A stretch of DNA of 64,000 nucleotides from Bradymonadia bacterium (GTDB lineage: Bacteria; Myxococcota_A; Bradymonadia; UBA7976; UBA1532), in the NCBI GenBank assembly GCA_046290225.1, contig JBKAGE010000080.1:3619-67618 (forward strand), read 5' to 3'. The notes under the pieces are model-generated. The model was given only the letters and a program-made list of their open reading frames with translations, did not search any database and had not been told where the DNA came from. Numbering within the stretch: position 1 is the stretch's first letter; every line of letters begins with the position of its first letter. The position numbers were made by a program, and so were the translations under genes. Positions 47,832-55,776 of this stretch are shown in pieces.

Positions 47832-48172
47832 AGAGAGAGTTTCGGGCACGGGCACGGGCACGGGCACGGGCACGAGTTGATTCGGGTGTGGACCCGTGGC
47901 CCTGCATGACTCCGCGCGTGGGTTTGTGGTGGTGGAGGCTCTACTCGGCCCCAGCAACTTATCAGTGGAGGTTTTTGCGCTCAATGCGCCCCATGTGCAA
48001 ACGGGAACATGGTTTACAGATCTGGCGAGAGCTGAACTCTCATGGCCTTCTGAAGCGTATCAACTCAGCCTCAATGACAACCATCGCCCTGAGCTCAGGA
48101 TGGGCTGCGGGTCAACATATGTATCAACTCGTGCCCGTGCCCGTGCCCGTGCCCGTGCCCGAAACTCTCTCT
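47832..48172. mobile_element. Fold-back element copy 2
   Basis: agagagagtttcg(ggcacg)5agttgat ... atcaactc(gtgccc)5gaaactctctct; interior homologous to copies 1 and 3. Confidence 0.85.
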
Positions 48173-48176
48173 ACCG

Positions 48177-48191
48177 ATACCCAATCGGTAT
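48177..48191. promoter_or_regulatory. LysR recognition box ATAC-N7-GTAT
   Basis: ATAC-ccaatcg-GTAT between the divergent LysR-HTH gene and map; matches the CatR/BenM-type T-N11-A site. Confidence 0.7.
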
Positions 48192-48227
48192 TGGACACCC
48201 ACCCACCTTCCCGTCACCCTGTGCCGC

Positions 48228-48995
48228 ATGAACGCCATCCAGAAACCAGACGCCGACGCCATGCGCCGTGCTGGGGCCGTGGCCGCCGCTACTCTGGCCA
48301 CCGTGGGCCGCGCCCTTGAGCCTGGCATGAGCACTGCTGACATCGACGCCCTCGTGCGGGCTGACACCGCCCGTCGCGGCGGGCGGCCCAGCCAGCTGGG
48401 ATATCACGGTTTTCCCGCGGCGGTGTGCACCAGTCGTAATCATGTGGTCTGCCATGGGATCCCCAACCCCCAGGAGGTGCTCGAAGATGGTGATATCATC
48501 AACGTAGACATCACCACCTGCGTCGGCGGACATCACGGCGACACCTCGAAGACCTTCTTCATTGGCGAGCCCAGCGCCGAAGCGCGCCATGTGGTCGAGA
48601 GCGCCCGCCGCGCCCGTGACGCTGGCATCTCCGTGGTGCGTCACGGCGCCCGCATCGGCGACATCGGCGCGGCGATTCAAGAGGTGGCCCGAGCGGCGGG
48701 GTGCAGCGTCGTACGGGAGCTGGGCGGCCATGGCATCGGCCAGCGCATGCACCAGCCTCCACATGTGCATCATGTAGGGCGACGAGGGACCGGCTTCAAG
48801 TTGAGAGAGGGCATGTGCATCACCGTGGAGCCCATGTTGAACCTGGGCACCGCAGATGTCGCCGAGCTCGCGGACGGGTGGACCATCGTCACTACCGATG
48901 GGCGGTTGTCGGCGCAGTTCGAGCACACAGTTCTGGTCACCCGGACCGGGTGCGAGATCCTTACGTTGCCCCCTGAGGATCAGGGGACGGGCTGA
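48228..48995 (+). CDS. map: Methionine aminopeptidase type I
   Basis: CTSRNHVVCHGIP, GDIINVDIT..HGDTS, GHGIG..MH, TVEPM, SAQFEHT. Confidence 0.95.
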   Translation: MNAIQKPDADAMRRAGAVAAATLATVGRALEPGMSTADIDALVRADTARRGGRPSQLGYHGFPAAVCTSRNHVVCHGIPNPQEVLEDGDIINVDITTCVGGHHGDTSKTFFIGEPSAEARHVVESARRARDAGISVVRHGARIGDIGAAIQEVARAAGCSVVRELGGHGIGQRMHQPPHVHHVGRRGTGFKLREGMCITVEPMLNLGTADVAELADGWTIVTTDGRLSAQFEHTVLVTRTGCEILTLPPEDQGTG

Positions 48996-50538
48996 CGACG
49001 CTCACCGCAGCGGGTCGCTCGGCGAGCACCTTCCGGGCGGCGGCGATGCCTGACATCAGACAGGGCGCCACGCCACCCCCGTACACGCCGGCGCCGGCGA
49101 GATAGAGGCCTTCGACCGGGGCCTTGGTTCGGAAGCGTCTGCGACCATACTGGTCGAGGGTGGCCGCGGGGCCATACGCGGCCCCTTCGACCGCGCCGGC
49201 GTAATGAGTGTTGGTCAGGGGTGAGGCCACCTCTTCCACCACCACATCGCCCACGAGACCTGGCCAACGATCTTCCACCGCCCCCATGAGCTGGGCCGCC
49301 ACCTCATCCTTGAGCTGGTTGTAATCATCTCCGCGTTTGAACGACTTGCTGTCGGCCCACTGCGCAAAGGGCGCATGAGGACACAGCGTCACCACCTCGA
49401 GGGTGCTCCCCCCAGCAGGGGCCATGGAGTTGCTGTCGTCCTTGAGAGAGTTCGGCGACAAAAAGAAGAACCACTCCTCGGGGATCTTGCCCTCAAAGGC
49501 CGGCGCATAGAGCCGCTCGAGATCGAAGTGGGGGTAGTCCCAGACGTTGAAGGCTCCGAGGCCGTGTTTGCTGAGATCACGCTGCATGCCCAGGAACACG
49601 CACACGCTGCCCACCGAGGATTCGGTGTTGTCGACCTTGGTCTGCAGCCGCTCGCTCAGCGTGCCCTCGGGGAGCAGCTTGCCCAGGGTGAGGGTGGGAT
49701 CGATGGCCGAAACGACGATGTCAGCGTCGATGCGCTCTCCCGTGGTGAGGGTGACCCCTGAGACCCGGCCATTGTCGAGCTCGATGGAGGCCACGGCCGC
49801 CCGGCGGCGATAGCTCGCCCCGAGGCTGCGACCACGCTCCACGAGGGCGTCTCGAAAGACCCCACTGCCCCCACGGGGGAACCACGCGCCGCTGGCGTAG
49901 TGCATCATGAGCCCCATGCCCAGCACCGCCGGGGTGCGGCTCGGCGGCAGCGCATAGTCACCACACTGACCGGCGAGCACTGAGCGCAGCTCCGGGTTCT
50001 TGATGTACTCCGCGAGCAGCTCGGCGAAGCTGCGCTCAAGCCACTTCGCTGCAAACGAGAGCCCCGTGACGGCACCGAGATCACCGATACGCCGCGAGGC
50101 CCCGATGGTCTTGCGGGAGATGAAGTTCGACACTCGATCAAAACGCTTGAGCACCTTGAAGAGCTTGTCGATGTCGCCCTTGTCTTCGGGGAACTGCGAT
50201 CGCAGCCGCTGGCGATAATTGTCGATGCCCTTGGGCACCCTCACCTCGAGGCCCGGGAATCGGATCATGTCGAGGCAATCGTCGTCCATGGGGCAGAAGA
50301 GCTGCTGGGCGTCGAGGCCGAGCTTCTCCAGGGTGAGGGTCATGCTCTGCCCCGGGCCAAGCTGTCCGATGTAGTGCACGCCCGGGTCGAAGTGGTAGTG
50401 CCGGCGAGCGAAGGGGTTGAGGAATCCTCCGAGCTGTTTGGCGGCCTCGAGGGCGACGACATCGTGCCCCTGCTCGGCGAGGCCGATGGCCGCGGCGAGC
50501 CCCCCGGCCCCGGTTCCGATGACGACAGCTTTCGACAT
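48961..50538 (-). CDS. FAD-dependent oxidoreductase, phytoene desaturase/retinol saturase family
   Basis: VVIGTGAGGL, LGG...FDPGVHY, FPRGGS, SPLTN.HY...GAAYG, GLYLAG. GAGGAG RBS. Confidence 0.9.
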   Translation of the reverse strand: MSKAVVIGTGAGGLAAAIGLAEQGHDVVALEAAKQLGGFLNPFARRHYHFDPGVHYIGQLGPGQSMTLTLEKLGLDAQQLFCPMDDDCLDMIRFPGLEVRVPKGIDNYRQRLRSQFPEDKGDIDKLFKVLKRFDRVSNFISRKTIGASRRIGDLGAVTGLSFAAKWLERSFAELLAEYIKNPELRSVLAGQCGDYALPPSRTPAVLGMGLMMHYASGAWFPRGGSGVFRDALVERGRSLGASYRRRAAVASIELDNGRVSGVTLTTGERIDADIVVSAIDPTLTLGKLLPEGTLSERLQTKVDNTESSVGSVCVFLGMQRDLSKHGLGAFNVWDYPHFDLERLYAPAFEGKIPEEWFFFLSPNSLKDDSNSMAPAGGSTLEVVTLCPHAPFAQWADSKSFKRGDDYNQLKDEVAAQLMGAVEDRWPGLVGDVVVEEVASPLTNTHYAGAVEGAAYGPAATLDQYGRRRFRTKAPVEGLYLAGAGVYGGGVAPCLMSGIAAARKVLAERPAAVSVVSPSPDPQGAT

Positions 50539-50611
50539 GGTGCAACTCCTCGACCAGACCCTCTGAGGTACCGTGCGCGCAACCTCGCACGTCATGCATG
50601 CTCCATCAGGT

Positions 50612-51379
50612 ATGCGCTCAGCACAATACGACCACCTGCAAAATGTCTGTATCCAGGGTGCCAGCCGGGGCATCGGCCTCGCCCTCGTCGGCCGCATGCT
50701 TCAACGGCCTTCCGTAGGCCATGTCATCGCCACAGCGCGTCGGCCCGAGGCCTCGGAGGGGCTCTTCGCCCTCACCCAGCGCCATCCGGACCGCCTCATC
50801 ACCCTCACTGTAGATGTCACCGACGAAGGCTCGATGGCTGAAGCTGCCCGGATCTCCACAGCGCGGGTGGGGCGTTTGCACCTGCTGATGAACGTCGCGG
50901 GTCTGCTCCACGCCCCCGACGGTATGGCGCCCGAGAAACGCATCGAGGCCCTCGATCCCGGTTTTCTGGCGCGCGCGTTCGCCGTGAACGCAACGGGGCC
51001 AGCGTTAATGGTTAAACACATGCTCCCGCTACTCCGGCACGACGAGCGGGCAGTCATCGCCAACCTCTCGGCACGGGTGGGCAGCATCGAGGACAACGGC
51101 CTCGGGGGCTGGTATGGCTACAGGGCGTCGAAGGCTGCGCAGAACCAGCTCACCCGCACCCTGGCCATCGAGCTGCGGCGTCGGGCAAAGCACGTGATCT
51201 GCGTGGCATTGCATCCCGGCACGGTGGACACAGCGCTCTCACGACCTTTTCGAGGCGGGGCGAAGCGCCGCTTCACCCCCGACGAGGCCGCAGGCCATCT
51301 GCTCGACGTGATCGATGGCCTGGGCCCGGAAGACACTGGGGCGTTCTTCGCTTGGGACGGTTCACGGATCCCCTGGTGA
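50612..51379 (+). CDS. Short-chain dehydrogenase, CsgA/C-factor-like
   Basis: GASRGIG, PEKRI, SARVGSIEDN.LGGWYGYRASK, LHPGTVDT.LS.PF, FFAWDG..IPW. Confidence 0.9.
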   Translation: MRSAQYDHLQNVCIQGASRGIGLALVGRMLQRPSVGHVIATARRPEASEGLFALTQRHPDRLITLTVDVTDEGSMAEAARISTARVGRLHLLMNVAGLLHAPDGMAPEKRIEALDPGFLARAFAVNATGPALMVKHMLPLLRHDERAVIANLSARVGSIEDNGLGGWYGYRASKAAQNQLTRTLAIELRRRAKHVICVALHPGTVDTALSRPFRGGAKRRFTPDEAAGHLLDVIDGLGPEDTGAFFAWDGSRIPW

Positions 51380-51581
51380 GAAATCCTGGCATAACCGTTC
51401 TTGTCGCCAAATATGCATCGCTGTTGAGGTCAACCAAACGAAGGTGCCCGATGGGCAACTCTTCTTCGCTCTGCTGTTTTGTCAACAGCCTCCAAATCAG
51501 AGGAATACAGGCTCTTCTTATGGTGTATCTGATACGAGAGCCTCCGAGAGGCGAGGGCTCTTGTGGATTGGGGAGATACAC

Positions 51582-52601
51582 ATGGCAGACGATCAGGCAC
51601 TGACCGGCCCAGACATTGAGCGGCTGGTCAAACGCTACCATCTTGAGCGTGCACGATACGAGCAGGCTGCAGTACAAGTCGGCACCCGTATCAGTGCTGC
51701 GCTGAGGCGCGAGGCCCGCCTGAGATTCATGATCTCGACCCGGGCCAAACATCCTCAGGACCTCAAAGGTAAGCTCCATCGCAAGCGCGAAAATCCGAAA
51801 TATACATTCGCGGCGCTTGACGAAAACCTCAACGCCATCGTCAACGACCTGGCTGGATGCCGTGTCGTAGTTTACTCCGCTGAAGATCTACAGCAGGTGA
51901 CTCGGATCATCGATGGCCTGTTCGACATCCCAGATCTGCCAGATACACACCTCGACAAGAGCCAGGAAAAAGAAGGGTACCGTGCTACCCATCGGCTCGT
52001 AGCCCTCCCGAATGATGAGAACTCGTCAACATCAGGGGCGATCTGTGAAGTGCAAATCTGTACCGTCGCAGCTCACCTGTTCAACGAGCTTGAGCATGAC
52101 ATCACGTATAAAACACATGGGGTGAAACCAACCCCGGAAGCCTGTTCGTTGCTCGATGATCTGCGATGGCTCTCTCTGGTGTCTGATCACACAGCAAGTC
52201 GCCTGATTCAGGCACAACAAGTCGCACGCGCCAACATGGAAGAGCTGACCTCACCGGATACGCTCAGATTTGCCCTTGAAGGCGCTCTCGGACGCCCCAT
52301 GAGTGGTGACTTCACACGCCTACTGTCACTGCTTGGCTCCATATTGGAGACCGTGAATCTCAGCATCCTGCACTCTTTGGGAGGCGTCCACCAGCTTCTG
52401 AAATGCGGACGAGCGCTTTCACACACATTATCTCTCGAACACACCGATGATGTGATCTACATCACGCTGGGACTCACCGAGCAATTCGGCGAGGAGCTCG
52501 TCGAGCTCTCCTCGATGTGGTCAAAGCCCGAGCTGCCTCTGAGAGCAGCACTGCTCACATGGGCATCTGCTAGGTCAACTGTGCACGAGAGCGCTGAATG
52601 A
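51582..52601 (+). CDS. RelA/SpoT synthetase-domain protein (small alarmone synthetase-like) with C-terminal helical extension
   Basis: RAK...LKGK, DLAGCRVV, GYRATH, EVQICT, HLFNELEHDITYK. GGGAG RBS. AT-richer codon usage. Confidence 0.85.
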   Translation: MADDQALTGPDIERLVKRYHLERARYEQAAVQVGTRISAALRREARLRFMISTRAKHPQDLKGKLHRKRENPKYTFAALDENLNAIVNDLAGCRVVVYSAEDLQQVTRIIDGLFDIPDLPDTHLDKSQEKEGYRATHRLVALPNDENSSTSGAICEVQICTVAAHLFNELEHDITYKTHGVKPTPEACSLLDDLRWLSLVSDHTASRLIQAQQVARANMEELTSPDTLRFALEGALGRPMSGDFTRLLSLLGSILETVNLSILHSLGGVHQLLKCGRALSHTLSLEHTDDVIYITLGLTEQFGEELVELSSMWSKPELPLRAALLTWASARSTVHESAE

Positions 52602-52639
52602 GGCACACTGCCTGTGTCGATGCAAACAAGGAGATCCAC

Positions 52640-53155
52640 ATGGCCCCTCGCTTGACCATCACCAACGCCATCGAAGCACTGGAGAAATTCAACCAGCGCT
52701 ATGACACACTGGATGTGTTCGCGGACGACCTTTACGAACTCCAACAATTCAGACGGGATGGCTCACCTCCACCAGGGCTGCAGGTCAGTGGAAGCCATAC
52801 ACTCACGGTTGTCGACACCCCCTATGAAATTGAACTCCTTCCTGAGAATGGGGTCGCGCGCATTCAACGGGTTCGTTCATCTGTCAGCCCTCACAAAATC
52901 ATCGCAGGGGCAGCGATCGGGGGCATCATCGGCGCGACCCTCGAAACGGCTGTGACAGAAAAGGAGGGTGTCGGTGCCCTCGGCCTACTCCTCGGCCTGC
53001 TCGTTGGAGGTACTCTTGCTTCACATCAGAGCACAGCCCCGAGCGTTCGACGGGTCTTCACCCTCAACTTCGACTCAGAAGAGCAAAAGTGGAGGGCCTA
53101 TGATGGTGGCCTCGTAGATTGGATGAAGATGAAACTGTTGCCCGCTGCCTCATGA
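52640..53155 (+). CDS. Hypothetical protein with a two-helix glycine-zipper membrane segment
   Basis: AAGGAG RBS; IIAGAAIGGIIGATL and GVGALGLLLGLLVGGTLA. Confidence 0.75.
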   Translation: MAPRLTITNAIEALEKFNQRYDTLDVFADDLYELQQFRRDGSPPPGLQVSGSHTLTVVDTPYEIELLPENGVARIQRVRSSVSPHKIIAGAAIGGIIGATLETAVTEKEGVGALGLLLGLLVGGTLASHQSTAPSVRRVFTLNFDSEEQKWRAYDGGLVDWMKMKLLPAAS

Positions 53156-55260
53156 GCACCCTGGAAGCACAGCAAGCGGCAACCACCATAGACATGGATC
53201 TCGACGATCTGCTCGAGCTATACATCGACGACGCCCTCAAGGCCCTCGATCGAGAGACCGCCGAGCGCAAACAGCTCCGGGCCGCCTTCGAATCGGGCAC
53301 TCCGCTCACCGCCAAGGTGCAGCTCGATCTCTACGATCCGATCGACGGTGAGATCGTCACCGTCCCTGCCGGCGCAGTGGTGCACGTGGCCGAGCACCAA
53401 GGCGACATTTTGATCGGCAAGCTCTCCGACAACACCCACAGCCTCGCCGTCGTCTACGAGCCCCCGGGTCGTTGGATCCCCCGAAAGCACTTTCTGCCCC
53501 TGAGCACACTCGTCGATCGCACCCGCATCACTCAAGGCGAGTCACCGAGCGTGAAGAGCGCGGGCCCCGGTGGCTTCAAAGGCGCCGGCCTCAAGGGCCT
53601 CGACGATGGCACCGCCCTGGCGATCCAGAGCATCGACGCCCTGAACGCCCGAGACGCCTTCGCTGTGCTGCCTCGGGGCACCCGGATTTTGATCGACGCC
53701 GCTCAATTGCAGCTCGAAGAGGGCGCCCCGACCCCAAGCGGTGAGATTTGGGTAGAGGTCACCGCCGCCGTGGGCGACGTGCGTGACAAAGCGGGCGTCA
53801 CCGAGATGCCCGAGATCCCGATCCGCATCACTGGGGGTCCTTCGGGCACCCTGCCCTTCGAGGCGCTGCAGCCGCTGAGCTTCAAGACCCACGTGCTCAC
53901 CCCCGTGGCCTACGCCCAATATCTGGTGGAGCAGCGGGGCCGTCGGCGGTTCTTGCGGCGGATGACCGGCGCGGGCCTCGCCGCAGCCTTCCTGGCCATG
54001 GACGGCATCTGGTGGACCACTTCGAAGGCGGAGTGGCCCCCCAACGCACCTCCTGCAGATCGGGTGCTCTCGGCGATGATCCCTCAGCTCGGCGCCTTGC
54101 TGGGCTACCTGCGGGCCGGCGGCAAGTACTGGTTCGAGCTCGACGGCCCGCTGATGTCGCTCAGAGAAGCCCGCCGCGGCCCCGCTGTACGTGCGCTCTC
54201 CGACGCCCTCGATCAAATCGCAGCCATCTCGGATCACACATGGGATCTCTGGCGTGGCGCGTTCTATCGCCGAGTGCACGTGGGCTGGAACGAGCACAAA
54301 CACTATCGCACTGACAAAGACGGCAAACGGACTTACACCCACTCCACCTGGACCAAGAGCTACCGCAAGATCTGGTGCGAGCCCCCCGGACTCTCGGGCA
54401 CCTGGTCCGTGCTCCAAGACTGGGACACAGCGGATGACTGGCGTCGCTCCAAGGGGCATCGCATGCTCAACGTGCCCATCTTTCAGCTGCTCGAATGCAC
54501 CCCAGAAGAAGCAGAGTCCCAGTTTCGCACCATGCGGATGGACGTCTCCTTCGCTCGGGAGGCCACGATCTCCGCGGTGACGGCAGCCCTGTGCAGCGCC
54601 CCGGCGGCCTTCTACAGCGACATCCTCGGGGCCTTCAACGGCGTTTCTCAGATGCCCCACCCTGCCCAGAGCCGCTTCCCCGCTCAAAAGCCAGCCTTGC
54701 TGGCTATGGGGGCCATCGCTGGGGCCTTCATCGCTCAGAGCAGTCATCGAAAGCAGGCTGCGGAGCTGGGTCAGAACAAGAAGGCCCTCGGCGCGCTGCT
54801 CGAAACGCAGCTGCGTACGGTGCCGGAGATGGACTTCGAGCAGGCCTGGAATGCTTTCTTTGGGATCCCGAGCTCACAGGCGGTGGTGCAGACCACTGCC
54901 GAGCGCGGCCCGGAGACCCACGATCTGGGCCGCCGCGCTCAGAGTTTCACGTATGTGCACAGCGGAGGGTTCGACCGAGGGCGGCCGCTGGACTCGATCT
55001 ACGTGGATGCTGGGCCGGTGAAGACCTACTTCCCGGAGATCGCCCAACGATGGGGACAGGCGTCACAGGCGCTCGCTGACGCGTTGCGCGAAGCGGAGGT
55101 GTTGTTGCCTGTGCTTCAGAACGTGGTGGGTACTGATATTCTCAATGCCCGGATCCGGGAAGATGCCTCTGAGGCCAGCAGCGGTGGATGGAAGCAATCG
55201 CTGTGGTTCGCGGCGCCGATTTGGGGTGCTGCGTTGCTTGATGGATTGCTCAAACGCTGA
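53152..55260 (+). CDS. Hypothetical membrane protein
   Basis: Long GC3-rich ORF; ATGA overlap with the upstream gene (alternative start 53194); internal RRRFLRR + hydrophobic helix. Confidence 0.75.
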   Translation: MSTLEAQQAATTIDMDLDDLLELYIDDALKALDRETAERKQLRAAFESGTPLTAKVQLDLYDPIDGEIVTVPAGAVVHVAEHQGDILIGKLSDNTHSLAVVYEPPGRWIPRKHFLPLSTLVDRTRITQGESPSVKSAGPGGFKGAGLKGLDDGTALAIQSIDALNARDAFAVLPRGTRILIDAAQLQLEEGAPTPSGEIWVEVTAAVGDVRDKAGVTEMPEIPIRITGGPSGTLPFEALQPLSFKTHVLTPVAYAQYLVEQRGRRRFLRRMTGAGLAAAFLAMDGIWWTTSKAEWPPNAPPADRVLSAMIPQLGALLGYLRAGGKYWFELDGPLMSLREARRGPAVRALSDALDQIAAISDHTWDLWRGAFYRRVHVGWNEHKHYRTDKDGKRTYTHSTWTKSYRKIWCEPPGLSGTWSVLQDWDTADDWRRSKGHRMLNVPIFQLLECTPEEAESQFRTMRMDVSFAREATISAVTAALCSAPAAFYSDILGAFNGVSQMPHPAQSRFPAQKPALLAMGAIAGAFIAQSSHRKQAAELGQNKKALGALLETQLRTVPEMDFEQAWNAFFGIPSSQAVVQTTAERGPETHDLGRRAQSFTYVHSGGFDRGRPLDSIYVDAGPVKTYFPEIAQRWGQASQALADALREAEVLLPVLQNVVGTDILNARIREDASEASSGGWKQSLWFAAPIWGAALLDGLLKR

Positions 55261-55341
55261 GTGCAGGTCTCAATGCCCGTAGAGTGGTCAGATGGATGTA
55301 CATTGATGACTGATGCTCTCCTTGCCTCTCGATGTGGGGCT

Positions 55342-55671
55342 CGCTCCGCGGGCAAGAGAGTTTTTCGGGCACGGGCACGGGCACGGGCACGGGCACGAGT
55401 TGATACATACCTGGACCCGTGGTCCTGCATGGCGCCGCTCCTAGGCTCTTGGTGGTGGAGGTTCTACTCGGCCCCATATATCTCTCATTGGAGGTTTTGG
55501 CCTCCATACACCCCAAGAACTGAACGAACTGAGAGTTCAGGCATACATCATCTCAGCTCAATGACTGCCTTCGTCCTGAGTTTAGGATGGGTCACGGGTC
55601 CAGGTATGTATCAACTCGTGCCCGTGCCCGTGCCCGTGCCCGTGCCCGAAAACTCTCTTGCCAGCGGAGCG
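55342..55671. mobile_element. Fold-back element copy 3
   Basis: cgctccgcgggcaagagagtttttcg(ggcacg)5agttgatacatacctggacccgtg ... cacgggtccaggtatgtatcaactc(gtgccc)5gaaaactctcttgccagcggagcg. Confidence 0.85.
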
Positions 55672-55776
55672 CTCCCCATATCAGCCAATACACACCAACT
55701 CAGCAACCACAGTCACCCCACAGCCCAACACTCACATCGAGCATCAACAGTATGACTCACCTAATAAACGCTCGAC

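Noticed and set aside
50612-51379. Naming the SDR csgA (developmental C-signal)
   Set aside because: Family motifs match, but orthology to the Myxococcus signal protein cannot be shown without phylogeny.
30500-55690. Target-site duplications around the fold-back elements
   Set aside because: No direct repeat is visible at the ends of any copy, so mobility is inferred only from dispersal.
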